Assembly (NCBI GenBank): GCA_049942965.1
Contig: CP188088.1
Coordinates: forward strand, 240,001-272,000
Reading direction: 5' to 3'
Length of the DNA: 32,000 bases
DNA from: Candidatus Saccharimonadota bacterium
Lineage (GTDB): Bacteria > Pseudomonadota > Gammaproteobacteria > Enterobacterales > Enterobacteriaceae
A program made the position numbers and the translations under genes. Of this stretch, positions 1 through 9,620 are shown one piece after another. The notes beneath the pieces were generated by a model. That model was not told the DNA's origin and did not search any database. It worked only from the letters and a program-made list of their open reading frames with translations. The number at the start of each line of letters is the position of its first letter. Position 1 is the first letter of the stretch.

Positions 1-426
1 AATAATTAATATTGATAAATAAATAAACTGCATATATTAGTTTTTAAACAAACTAATTAATTGTTTTTTTAGTTTTAAAATTTAGATCAATATATTATCA
101 TGTACAAAAAAAATAAATTTATTAAATAATCTATTTGTTGCAAGAATCTTTCTTTAATGTTAATTTTAATAAATTTTATTTACAAATTTGTAAGTGCATT
201 TAATTTATTCTTGGAATAAAAAATTGTTTTTCCAGACAATTGTCTAAAAATATGTATTTTATAAACCTGAAAATCATATTTTTTAATATTAAATACTATT
301 TCAAAAATAAATAATATTATTCACACATAATTACTCCATAATATGGATTTAAACTGGGATGAATCATAATTTTAATTAACAAGATGTTAATTAGAAATTA
401 ACATGGTATAAAAAAAAATATCAACT

Positions 427-2106
427 ATGAAAGAATCTTTCCATCAACTTTTTGAAGAATCTTTACAAAAAACAAAAACCAAACCTGGTTCTATAATTAA
501 TGGAATTGTTGTTTCTATAGATAAAGAAACGGTAGTAGTAGATGCTGGATTGAAATCTGAATCATCTATTTCAATAGAACAATTTAAAAACAACAAAGGA
601 AAAACGGATGTTAAAATAGGAGATTTAGTTGAAGTTGCTTTAGATGCAATAGAGGACGGTTTTGGAGAAACTATTCTCTCAAGAGAAAAAGCTAAAAGAC
701 ATGCAGCTTGGATAAAATTAGAAGATGCGTTTTTTAATGCAACTACTGTAGTTGGAATAATAAATGGAAAAGTTAAAGGTGGTTTTACTGTTGAACTAAA
801 CGATATACGAGCATTTTTACCTGGATCTTTAGTAGATGTACGACCAATAAGAGATACTATGCATCTTGAAGGAAAAGAATTAGAGTTTAAAGTAATAAAA
901 TTAGATAAAAAAAGAAACAACGTTGTTGTTTCTAGAAGAGCTGTTATAGAACTAGAAAATAGTGCAGAAAGAACTACTTTACTAGAAAATTTAAAAGAAG
1001 GTATAAATGTAAAAGGAATTGTAAAGAACTTGACTGATTATGGAGCTTTTATTGATTTAGGAGGAGTAGATGGATTACTGCATATAACTGACATGGCTTG
1101 GAAAAGAGTAAAACACCCAAGTGAAATTGTTAGTGTAGGAGAAGAAATAGTTATTCAAATATTGAAATTTGATCGTGAAAAAACTAGAGTTTCTTTAGGA
1201 TTAAAACAATTAGGTAAAGATCCATGGATAGAAATATCTAAAAAATATCCAGAAGGTTCTAAAATAACTGGAAGAGTTACTAATTTAACTGAATATGGAT
1301 GTTTTGTAGAAATTCAAGAAGGCGTTGAAGGGTTAGTACATGTATCTGAAATGGATTGGACTAATAAAAATGTACATCCATCAAAAGTAGTTCGAGTTAA
1401 TGATAAAGTTGATGTTATGATTCTAGATATCGATGAAGAAAGAAGAAGGATTTCTTTAGGAATAAAACAATGTTTAGATAATCCATGGAAATTATTTGAA
1501 CAATCGTATAAAAAAGGTGATAAAGTACGTGGAAAAATCAAATCTATAACTGATTTTGGAATTTTTATTGGTTTAGATGGAAATATAGATGGATTAGTAC
1601 ATTTATCAGACATATCTTGGGATCTTCCAGGAGAAGAATCAGTAAAAAAATATAAAAAAGGAGATTCTATTGTAGCTATAGTATTACAAGTAGATTCTGA
1701 TAGAGAACGAATTTCTTTGGGAATAAAACAAATAAAAGATGATTTTTTTAGTTGTTATTTGAAAAATAATAAAATAGGTTCAATAATTTCTACAACGGTC
1801 ATTTCAATGGAAGGAGAAAAAATATTAACAAAAATTAATGAAGAATTATTAGGAAAAATAAGTCTAACAAAATTACTACAATCAACAGAAAAAATTCAAA
1901 AATTAAAAGTTAATGATATCATTAATTTTAAAATAATTAGCATTAACAGAAAAAAAAGAATTATCAATATTTTAATATTAAACGAATTATATCCAATGAA
2001 TGTAGAAAATATTGTTTCTTTAAGTCGCGAAGAAAAAGATAATCAAAAATTAGAAAAAAAACAAATGTTATCTGCAACTTTGGAATTATTAAAACTATCT
2101 AAATAA
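427..2106 (+). CDS. rpsA: 30S ribosomal protein S1
   Basis: 559-aa ORF, close to E. coli S1 (about 557 aa as recalled). It has repeated S1/OB modules with recurring motifs ([65 protein letters not shown]) and ...ISLG(L/I)KQ repeats. ihfB follows it, as in enterobacteria. The last about 110 aa are strongly diverged. There is no Shine-Dalgarno before the ATG, which is typical of rpsA. Confidence 0.97.
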   Translation: MKESFHQLFEESLQKTKTKPGSIINGIVVSIDKETVVVDAGLKSESSISIEQFKNNKGKTDVKIGDLVEVALDAIEDGFGETILSREKAKRHAAWIKLEDAFFNATTVVGIINGKVKGGFTVELNDIRAFLPGSLVDVRPIRDTMHLEGKELEFKVIKLDKKRNNVVVSRRAVIELENSAERTTLLENLKEGINVKGIVKNLTDYGAFIDLGGVDGLLHITDMAWKRVKHPSEIVSVGEEIVIQILKFDREKTRVSLGLKQLGKDPWIEISKKYPEGSKITGRVTNLTEYGCFVEIQEGVEGLVHVSEMDWTNKNVHPSKVVRVNDKVDVMILDIDEERRRISLGIKQCLDNPWKLFEQSYKKGDKVRGKIKSITDFGIFIGLDGNIDGLVHLSDISWDLPGEESVKKYKKGDSIVAIVLQVDSDRERISLGIKQIKDDFFSCYLKNNKIGSIISTTVISMEGEKILTKINEELLGKISLTKLLQSTEKIQKLKVNDIINFKIISINRKKRIINILILNELYPMNVENIVSLSREEKDNQKLEKKQMLSATLELLKLSK

Positions 2107-2218
2107 AAACAAAAAAAATTACAAATTTTTTATATTTTTATAGAAATTAACAATTTATAATAAAATTATTTTTTTAATGATTATATTTAAAATATTTTTT
2201 AAAATAAAAAAGGATTCT

Positions 2219-2532
2219 ATGAATAAATCAGAATTATTTAAAAAAATAGCTAAAAAAAAACTAATATTTCTAGAAAAACTGTTGAAAAAATGATAAAGAA
2301 AATAATTCATTATATTTTTAAATCTTTATCTAAAGGTAGAAGGATAGAAATTAGAGGATTTGGTAGTTTTGCATTAAGATATAGAAAACCTAGATTTTGC
2401 AGAAATCCTAAAAATGGGAATTTAGTACAGCTAAAAGAAAAATATATTCCATATTTTAAACCTGGAAAACAACTTAGAGAAAGAATAAATATTTTTAATA
2501 AAAAAAAAGAAAATAATAAAAAACTTTTCTAA
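2219..2532 (+). pseudogene. ihfB: integration host factor beta subunit; frame broken inside an A9 tract (2252-2260), restored by +1 A
   Basis: The ATG at 2219 is preceded by AAGGA at 2209-2213. It opens [14 protein letters not shown], matching the E. coli IhfB N-terminus MTKSELIERLATQQ, then reads out of frame to a TGA at 2291-2293. The frame of the 2290..2532 track ORF reads back to the tract as [39 protein letters not shown]..., which aligns with E. coli [36 protein letters not shown]. The two halves join if the tract has 10 A instead of 9. Confidence 0.8.
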
Positions 2533-2559
2533 TTATAAAAAAAATAATTTAAGAAATTG

Positions 2560-2600
2560 GAAAATAAGCTTTTATTGATTTAAATCATAGCTTATTTTTC
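2560..2600 (+). terminator. weak terminator-like hairpin downstream of ihfB
   Basis: aaaataagct (2561-2570) pairs with agcttatttt (2589-2598) across an 18-nt loop, and the T-run continues to 2599. It starts 28 nt after the ihfB stop. The core stem is short and the loop is large. Confidence 0.25.
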
Positions 2601-2641
2601 ATTTGTATAATTCCAAAAATATAAAGAAAAATAAAAAAATT

Positions 2642-3418
2642 ATGTTAAATAAAAAACCAATAATAATTGGAAATTGGAAATTAAATGGAAGTTTAATTTT
2701 GATTGAAAATTTATTAAAAAAAATTTCTTTAATACCTAAATATATTTTAGAGAATATAGATGTAATATTGTTACCACCCTATATTTATTTATCAGAAGTA
2801 AAAAAAAAACTAAACGAAATACATGTAGGAGCACAAAATGTAGATACACATTTTTTTGGGGCTTATACTGGAGAAACATCTGTTTTAATGTTACAAGACA
2901 TAGGAATAAAATATGTTTTAATAGGACATTCTGAAAGAAGAAAATATCATCTAGAAGATGAACTATTGATTTCAAAAAAATTTAAAGTATTAAAATCATG
3001 TAATTTAACTCCTATTTTATGTATAGGAGAGACAGAAAAAGAAAAAAAATTAGGACAAACAAAAGCTGTTTGTCAAAGACAAATTGATTCAATATTTAGT
3101 TTACTAGAAAAAAAACGTGAAACATTCGATAATACAATTATCGCATATGAACCAATTTGGTCAATTGGAACTGGTAAAATACCTGGATTAAAAGAAATAA
3201 ATAAAATTATTTTATTTATTAAAAAATATATAAAAAAAATAACATTTCAAGAAAAAATAAAAAATTTGTTTGTTATTTATGGTGGATCTGTAAATTCAAA
3301 TAATGTTCATAAAATATTGACAGAAGGAGGTTCAGACGGTTTATTAGTTGGAGCAGCATCTTTATCTCATAAAGATTTTTCAGAAATTATTTATCAATCT
3401 TATTACATCAATAAATAA
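2642..3418 (+). CDS. tpiA: triosephosphate isomerase
   Basis: MLNKKPIIIGNWKLNG matches E. coli MRHPLVMGNWKLNG. Catalytic motifs are present: NWK, IGHSERR, AYEPIWSIGTG. I place the start at ATG 2642. The track ORF start at 2603 is a TTG that adds 13 unaligned residues. Confidence 0.95.
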   Translation: MLNKKPIIIGNWKLNGSLILIENLLKKISLIPKYILENIDVILLPPYIYLSEVKKKLNEIHVGAQNVDTHFFGAYTGETSVLMLQDIGIKYVLIGHSERRKYHLEDELLISKKFKVLKSCNLTPILCIGETEKEKKLGQTKAVCQRQIDSIFSLLEKKRETFDNTIIAYEPIWSIGTGKIPGLKEINKIILFIKKYIKKITFQEKIKNLFVIYGGSVNSNNVHKILTEGGSDGLLVGAASLSHKDFSEIIYQSYYINK

Positions 3419-3455
3419 AAAAAGAAAATATTTTATTAATAAAAAATATTTTCTT
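3417..3455. terminator. 13-bp perfect hairpin between convergent tpiA and pfkA (possibly bidirectional)
   Basis: aagaaaatatttt (3422-3434) pairs perfectly with aaaatattttctt (3443-3455) across an 8-nt loop. On the minus strand (pfkA side) the stem is followed directly by TTTTT (complement of 3417-3421). On the plus strand it begins 4 nt after the tpiA stop and is followed by a U-rich stretch. The stem is almost all A:T, with one G:C pair. Confidence 0.45.
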
Positions 3456-3543
3456 ATTCGAAATTTATTTTATAAAAATAAAATAGTATTTTCCTTACAT
3501 AAAAAAACAACATAAAACATTTATTTATATACAATTTAAATTT

Positions 3544-4509
3544 TTAATATAATTTTTTTGCCGTTTCTAACCAATCTTTTTTAAATGGTTTTTTCATGTT
3601 ATTCAACGCATCAGTTATATCATGGTTAACCATTTTCTCGTTTTGTACTCCAACACATCTTCCTCCTCCACATCCATCTAATAGTAAATCAATAGAGTAA
3701 GATCCCATTCTAGAAGCTAGAATACGGTCGAATACTACTGGAGCACCACCTCTTTGTATGTGACCTAAAATTGTTGCTCTAGTTTCTCTTTTTGTATTTT
3801 TTTCAATATATTTGGCTAATTTATTTACATTACAAATGTATTCTGTTATTGCAACAATGGCGTGTTTTTTTCCTTTTTTTATTCCTGTTTTTATTTCTTC
3901 TAATAGTTCTTCTTTTGTTGAAGAAATTTCTGGTATTACGATAAATTCACATCCTCCAGCAATAGCAGCAGCTAATGTTAAATCTCCACAAAATCTTCCC
4001 ATGACTTCTACAATTGAAATTCTTTGATGAGAAGAAGAAGTATCTCTAAGCCTATCAATAGCTTCCACAACAGTTTCTAATGCTGTAAAATATCCAATTG
4101 TATAGTCTGTTCCTGCAACATCATTATCTATAGTTCCAGGTATTCCAATACATGGCATTCCTAAATTAGTTAATGAATTTGCTCCAATATACGATCCATC
4201 ACCTCCGATTACTATCAAAAAATCAATTTTTCTATTTTTTAAGTTTTCAATCGATAAAATTTGTGTTTTTTTTTTGTAGAATTCTGGAAATCTCGCAGAA
4301 CCAAGAAATGTACCACCTTTATTAATTATATCAGAAACGCTATACCTATCTAGTTTTTTCATTCTATTTTGATATAACCCAAGATATCCATCGTATATTC
4401 CATATACTTCTAAACCTTCTGAAATTGCTCTTCTGACAACTCCCCTTATTGCTGCATTCATTCCTGGAGAATCTCCTCCACTTGTTAAAACTCCAATTTT
4501 TGTAATCAT
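3544..4509 (-). CDS. pfkA: ATP-dependent 6-phosphofructokinase
   Basis: 321-aa [29 protein letters not shown] is nearly identical to the E. coli PfkA N-terminus, and the GIPGTIDND and MGR motifs are present. GAGAG lies 8 nt upstream of the ATG. Confidence 0.97.
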   Translation of the reverse strand: MITKIGVLTSGGDSPGMNAAIRGVVRRAISEGLEVYGIYDGYLGLYQNRMKKLDRYSVSDIINKGGTFLGSARFPEFYKKKTQILSIENLKNRKIDFLIVIGGDGSYIGANSLTNLGMPCIGIPGTIDNDVAGTDYTIGYFTALETVVEAIDRLRDTSSSHQRISIVEVMGRFCGDLTLAAAIAGGCEFIVIPEISSTKEELLEEIKTGIKKGKKHAIVAITEYICNVNKLAKYIEKNTKRETRATILGHIQRGGAPVVFDRILASRMGSYSIDLLLDGCGGGRCVGVQNEKMVNHDITDALNNMKKPFKKDWLETAKKLY

Positions 4510-4602
4510 TTTTGTCTCTCAATGTTTAAAATTGATTTTTGTCTAAAATATTTTTGTATTTTATAATTATTCAAAACTAAAATATTTTTTAAAATTTAAT
4601 TT

Positions 4603-5292
4603 TTATAAAAAATATTTTTTCATAACATTCATTTTTTTGTCAAATTCATATATTAATGGAACTCCAGTAGGAACAATTACATCAGCAATATCAGAATCAT
4701 TGATTTTACTTAAATATTTTATTAGTGCTCTTAAAGAATTTCCATGAGCTACAATTAATATTTTTTTACCATTTTTTATATTTGGTAAAATTTTTTTATT
4801 CCAATATAAAATCACTCTTTCAAAAGTTTTTTCTAAACTTTCAGATTTAGGTAAATTATTTTTTTCTATTTTTAAATAACGACGATCAAATCCTGAAAAC
4901 AAAAAATTTTCTTTCATTTCAGGAGGAGAATGTTTGTAGCTTCTTCTCCACAAATACAATTGTTCTGATCCATATTTTTTTTCTGTATCTAATTTATTTA
5001 GACCCTGTAAGGATCCATAATGTCTTTCATTTAAGAACCATGTTTTTTTACATGGAATCCATGATAATTCTAGTTGGTCTAAAATAATATTCAAAGTATT
5101 TATAGCTCTTTTTAAAAGAGAAGTATACGAATAATCAAAATTAAACTTTTTTTCTTTTAGTAATTTACCAGCTTTTATTGCTTCATTAATTCCATTTTTA
5201 GATAATTTTACATCATACCATCCTGTAAATTTATTTTTTTGATTCCATTCACTTTCTCCGTGTCTAACTAAAACTAATTTTTTTGATAACAT
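4603..5292 (-). CDS. gpmA: 2,3-bisphosphoglycerate-dependent phosphoglycerate mutase
   Basis: 229 aa. LVLVRHGESEWNQKNKFTGWYDV carries the RHGE catalytic motif and matches E. coli GpmA. The protein ends right after ...PLIYEFDKKMNVMKKYFL, so it lacks the roughly 20-aa C-terminal tail of the E. coli enzyme. Confidence 0.95.
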   Translation of the reverse strand: MLSKKLVLVRHGESEWNQKNKFTGWYDVKLSKNGINEAIKAGKLLKEKKFNFDYSYTSLLKRAINTLNIILDQLELSWIPCKKTWFLNERHYGSLQGLNKLDTEKKYGSEQLYLWRRSYKHSPPEMKENFLFSGFDRRYLKIEKNNLPKSESLEKTFERVILYWNKKILPNIKNGKKILIVAHGNSLRALIKYLSKINDSDIADVIVPTGVPLIYEFDKKMNVMKKYFL

Positions 5293-5471
5293 GTTAAACC
5301 CCTATAAATTAAATGCAAGCTTCATAAAAAAAATAATAATAATTAAATTAAAAACGTTCTTTTGTAATAAAGACAAATAATTTAAAAATTTAAATTAAAA
5401 AAAAAACAAAAAAAGATAACAATTCTTTTAAAGAACAAATTATTGATTTACTAGAAAATTCTATATAAAAG

Positions 5472-6680
5472 TTATATTTTTAATGTAATTCTAGAAAAAT
5501 CTTCAAGTATATCTTTTATTGAATTTAAAAAACATATTGCTAATTTTCCATCTATTAATCTATGGTCATAAGAAAGAGATAAGTAAACCATCGGGGAAAT
5601 TTTAATTGTTCCATTGTCAACAATTGGACGATCTTTAATATTATTAATACCTAATATAGCAGATTGTGGATAATTAATGATAGGAGTAGAAATAAGAGAT
5701 CCAAAAACTCCACCGTTACTGATTGTAAAAGTTCCATTGGATAAATCATCTAGAGTTAATAAACCTTGTTCTCCTTTTAATACATATTTTTTAATTTTTT
5801 GCTCTATTTGATTCATACTCATTAAATTTGTATCCTTCAATATAGGAGTTACTAATCCTCTTTTTGTAGAAACAGCTATATTTATATCATAGTAATCATA
5901 CTGTATAATGTTATCTTCTTCGATAGAAGAATTAACTTCAGGATATTTTATTAAAGATTCAACTACTGATTTTACATAAAAAGGCATATATCCTAAACGA
6001 ATTCCATAACTTGATAAAAATTTTTTTTCATATTTTTTTCTTAATTGTATTATATGACTCATATTTACTTCATTAATAGTAGTTGTCATAACTGTATTAT
6101 TATTTGAATATAATAATTTTTCAGAAATTTTTTTTCTAATTCTGGACATTGGAATTATATTTTTATTTCTTATTTTTTTAATATTTTTCTCTTTAAGACA
6201 ATTATTTACTTTATGATCCATTTTATTTTTTTTAATAGATTTTTCTTCAAAATTAGTTTTTTTTTGATTTTTTTCTAATTCTATTTGTTTTATTTTAAAT
6301 AACCTTCTATTATGAGGAGATAAAAAAGTTTTGTTTAAATTTTTATTTTTTTTATTTTTTTCTAAATTAACTGCAGACTTTGAAATTTGTTTAATTTTAT
6401 CATTTTTTTTTAAAAAAAATGATGTATTTTCTTGTGTATTTATTTTTCCTATTGGTTGATTAGATTTTACAATCTTACCTTCTTCTTCTAAAATACATTC
6501 TAAAAATCCATCTACTATGGCAGTTATTTCGAGAGTAATCTTATCAGTTTCAATATCTACAATAGCTTCGTTTTTTTTAACTCTTTCACCAATTTTTTTA
6601 TGCCAAGCTATGATTGATGCATCATTTACTGATTCTGGAAGATCAGGAACTGAGATAGTATAAATGTTGTTTTTTTTCAT
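5472..6680 (-). CDS. sucB: 2-oxoglutarate dehydrogenase E2 (dihydrolipoyllysine succinyltransferase)
   Basis: 402 aa. The lipoyl motif VDIETDKITLEI is present. The catalytic domain is colinear with E. coli SucB from IPMSRIRKKISEKLL to SYDHRLIDG. The inter-domain region is K/N-rich (see findings). Confidence 0.96.
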   Translation of the reverse strand: MKKNNIYTISVPDLPESVNDASIIAWHKKIGERVKKNEAIVDIETDKITLEITAIVDGFLECILEEEGKIVKSNQPIGKINTQENTSFFLKKNDKIKQISKSAVNLEKNKKNKNLNKTFLSPHNRRLFKIKQIELEKNQKKTNFEEKSIKKNKMDHKVNNCLKEKNIKKIRNKNIIPMSRIRKKISEKLLYSNNNTVMTTTINEVNMSHIIQLRKKYEKKFLSSYGIRLGYMPFYVKSVVESLIKYPEVNSSIEEDNIIQYDYYDINIAVSTKRGLVTPILKDTNLMSMNQIEQKIKKYVLKGEQGLLTLDDLSNGTFTISNGGVFGSLISTPIINYPQSAILGINNIKDRPIVDNGTIKISPMVYLSLSYDHRLIDGKLAICFLNSIKDILEDFSRITLKI

Positions 6681-6706
6681 TATAAAATCAACCTTATTAT
6701 TAATGA

Positions 6707-9505
6707 TTAAAGATTAAAAACAGACTCTATAATTTTTTTTTGTTGTTCTTTATGAATATATATATTCCCAACAGCAGTTACAGAAGATCTAGCTCTTCCT
6801 ATAAAAATTAAATTACTATAATAGTTTGGAATAATTTTTTTAAAATTATATTGAATATATTCCCATGATCCTTGATTCTTAGGTTCTTCTTGACACCAAA
6901 TTATTTTTTTGAAAAAATTTATTTTTTCAAATAAATGTTTTATTTCCTTTTTAGGAAATGGATATAGTTGTTCAATTCTACAAAATAAAATTTCTTTAAT
7001 TTTATTTGCTTTTTGATAAGAAATTAAATCATAGTAAATTTTTCCAGTACAAAAAATTATTTTTTTAATTTTATTTTCATTTTTAAGATTATTTATAATA
7101 ATCTTTTTAAATTTTCCATTTTGCAAATCTTTTAAATAAGTTTTTGACAAAGAATTTCTTAAAAGAGATTTAGGAGTCATAACGATTAATGGAATTGAAA
7201 TATTATTTTCTATTTGTCTTAAAAGTAAATGAAACATTTGACCAGATGTAGATGGAATACATATTTGCATATTTTTATCAGCACATAATTGCAGAAATCT
7301 TTCAATTCTGGCAGATGAATGTTCTGGACCTTGTCCTTCATATCCATGAGGTAAAAAAACAACTAAATTAGAACTATAACCCCATTTTTGTTTACTTGAA
7401 CTAATAAATTGATCAATTACTACTTGTGCTGAATTAATAAAATCTCCAAATTGTGCTTCCCAAACCGTCAATGCATGTTTTTTAACAGTAGAAAAACCAT
7501 ATTCAAAAGCTAAAGTAGACAATTCTGATAAAACAGAATTATAAATACAAAAATTACCTTGATCTTTACAAATATTCTTTAAGGGAACATAAATAGATTC
7601 ATTATCTTGATCATGAATTACTGCATGTCTATGAAAAAACGTTCCTCTTTGAGTATCTTCTCCAATAATTCTACAAGAAATCCCTTGTTTTAAAAAAGTA
7701 GCATATGCAAGACATTCACTACTACCCCAATCAAATGGAATTTTTCCTAATGCCATTTTTTTTCTTTCGTTATATAATTTTTTAACTCTATGATGTATAG
7801 AAACATAATTAGGAATTTTATTAATTTTTAAAGCAAGATCTTGTAGTTCTTTATAAGACAAATTGAATTTTTTATTTGAAGGAAAATATTTTGTGTTAGA
7901 TTTTTTTTTTTCAATGTTGATTGTCTTTTTTTTTATAGATTTTTCGTAGGATAAATTTATTTTTTTTTTATAATTTATTAAAATTTTTTCTTTTTCTTGA
8001 TCATTTATTATTTTTTCTTGTTTTAATTTTTTAAAAAAAATAGAAGTAACAGTAGGATGAACAGCTATTTTTTTATACATTTTTGGTTGAGTTACTGTAG
8101 GGTCATCCACTTCGTTATGTCCATGACGTCTGTATCCAACTAAATCAATGAAAACATCTTTTTTAAAAAAATTTCGATAATCACAAGCTAATTTAGTAAC
8201 CAAAATGACTGCTTCAGGATCATCTGAGTTAACATGAAATATAGGAGAATTAATCATTTTGGCAACATCAGTAGAATATTTAGTAGACCTTAAATCCATA
8301 TTTTTAGAAGTAGTAAATCCAATTTGGTTATTTAAAACTATGTGAATAGTACCTCCAACAGAAAAAGCAGGAGTTTGAGACATGTTTAATGTCTCTTGTA
8401 TTACTCCTTGACCTGAAATAGCAGCATCACCATGAATAGAAATTGGAAGAACTTTTTCTTGGAAACAGTTTATATTTTTTTCTTTTATTTTTTCAATTTC
8501 AGCACGTGCTACTCCCATAATAAATGGATTAATAATTTCTAAGTGTGATGGATTTGGTTTTAAAGAACATATAATATTTTTGTTTGAATTATTTGAAATT
8601 TCTAAATCTCTTCCAATATGATATTTTACATCTCCATTTTTATCTGGATCATAATAGTCATTAGAAAATTCAAAAAATAATTCCTCAATTGGTTTTTTAA
8701 AAATATTCACTAAAACATTCAATCTACCTCTATGAGCCATTCCTAATATAATTTTTAAAACTTGATTTTTTTTAGAAAAATTAATAATTTCGTTTAAAAT
8801 AAGAATTAAAGATTCTAAACCTTCTAATGAAAATCTTTTATTTCCTGGAAAATATTTAGAAATTAATTGTTCTAATGTCTCTGATTCAATTAATATTGTT
8901 AATAGTTCTTTTTTTTTTGTTGCATTTAAAAAAAAGTTCTCAAAATAATTATTTATTTTTTTATATAACCATGTTTTTTCCTTTCTTGATTGAACGTGCA
9001 TATATTCAAATCCAATAGAACCACAATAACTATTCATTAACTTTCTATATAAGTTTTTTACACTAATAGTATTATTAATACTTAAAAAATTAGAAAAATT
9101 TAATTTATAATATAGATCTTTTTTAGAAAAAAAATAGGATTCTAATTTTAGTGATTTTCTTCTGTGAATTTTTTTAGAATTTTTTAATGGATTTATTTTT
9201 GAATATAAATACCCATATTTCTGAAATGAATTAATTAATTTTTTAATTTTATTTTCTATAAACGTATTTTGATTAATCAATTTTTCATTATTATCATCTA
9301 TAAATAACTTGTCTAAAAAAATGTCATTCTTTTTTTTTTTGAAAAATACATTTAAATCTTCACTTTTTTTTTTCATTTCAAGAAAAAGAGCAGACCAACT
9401 ATTATGAACTGAATTTGGATTAGATAAATATTGAGAATACATATTTTCAATATAAGAAAAACTAACTTGAGTTATCCAAGAAAAAGATTTATCTTTTTTA
9501 TTCAT
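6707..9505 (-). CDS. sucA: 2-oxoglutarate dehydrogenase E1 component
   Basis: 932 aa, against about 933 in E. coli as recalled. It lies immediately upstream of sucB on the same strand. Conserved blocks include GMAHRGRLNVL, HGDAA..GQGVV-like SIHGDAAISGQGVIQE, and RRHGHNE.DDP. Confidence 0.96.
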   Translation of the reverse strand: MNKKDKSFSWITQVSFSYIENMYSQYLSNPNSVHNSWSALFLEMKKKSEDLNVFFKKKKNDIFLDKLFIDDNNEKLINQNTFIENKIKKLINSFQKYGYLYSKINPLKNSKKIHRRKSLKLESYFFSKKDLYYKLNFSNFLSINNTISVKNLYRKLMNSYCGSIGFEYMHVQSRKEKTWLYKKINNYFENFFLNATKKKELLTILIESETLEQLISKYFPGNKRFSLEGLESLILILNEIINFSKKNQVLKIILGMAHRGRLNVLVNIFKKPIEELFFEFSNDYYDPDKNGDVKYHIGRDLEISNNSNKNIICSLKPNPSHLEIINPFIMGVARAEIEKIKEKNINCFQEKVLPISIHGDAAISGQGVIQETLNMSQTPAFSVGGTIHIVLNNQIGFTTSKNMDLRSTKYSTDVAKMINSPIFHVNSDDPEAVILVTKLACDYRNFFKKDVFIDLVGYRRHGHNEVDDPTVTQPKMYKKIAVHPTVTSIFFKKLKQEKIINDQEKEKILINYKKKINLSYEKSIKKKTINIEKKKSNTKYFPSNKKFNLSYKELQDLALKINKIPNYVSIHHRVKKLYNERKKMALGKIPFDWGSSECLAYATFLKQGISCRIIGEDTQRGTFFHRHAVIHDQDNESIYVPLKNICKDQGNFCIYNSVLSELSTLAFEYGFSTVKKHALTVWEAQFGDFINSAQVVIDQFISSSKQKWGYSSNLVVFLPHGYEGQGPEHSSARIERFLQLCADKNMQICIPSTSGQMFHLLLRQIENNISIPLIVMTPKSLLRNSLSKTYLKDLQNGKFKKIIINNLKNENKIKKIIFCTGKIYYDLISYQKANKIKEILFCRIEQLYPFPKKEIKHLFEKINFFKKIIWCQEEPKNQGSWEYIQYNFKKIIPNYYSNLIFIGRARSSVTAVGNIYIHKEQQKKIIESVFNL

Positions 9506-9620
9506 TTATAAAATACCTTTTAATTTTAAATATTTTGTCATCTAAAATTTTTTATTAATCAATAATCATTGATTATTTAGAATATATTTTTTTAAAATTT
9601 ATTTTTCTGACTTTAAAAAA

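Noticed and set aside
180-193. A perfect 14-nt palindrome TTACAAATTTGTAA upstream of rpsA shares half-sites with TTACAAA-N6-TTTGTAA at 19461-19480 just upstream of bioB. I considered a BirA/bio-operator-like or shared regulator site.
   Set aside because: At roughly 40/40/10/10 composition, perfect 14-nt palindromes are expected on the order of ten or more times per 32 kb, and the 7-mer half-site about a dozen times per strand. The half-site order is everted relative to the E. coli bioO arrangement and the spacings differ. It may be worth a motif scan genome-wide, but it is not supportable here.
234-245. 12-nt palindrome agacaattgtct flanked by T5/A5
   Set aside because: Its length is well within chance expectation for this composition, and it has no positional link to a gene end or start.
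444-920. 158-aa ORF antisense to rpsA
   Set aside because: It lies wholly inside the strongly supported rpsA CDS on the opposite strand. The protein is low-complexity with no recognisable motifs. Stop-poor antisense frames are expected when the sense strand avoids certain codons.
2603-2641. N-terminal extensions implied by the longest-ORF starts: tpiA TTG 2603, gapA ATG 12626, bioB TTG 19493, cysB TTG 26655
   Set aside because: In each case an internal ATG aligns with the E. coli N-terminus and has a better-placed SD (for example GGAGG before gapA ATG 12605). The extensions add unaligned residues.
4543-4589. 13-nt direct repeat ctaaaatattttt (4543-4555 and 4577-4589) in the gpmA-pfkA spacer
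   Set aside because: It is a low-complexity A/T word. My rough estimate gives a chance expectation of order 0.1-1 across all spacers, and there is no associated structure.
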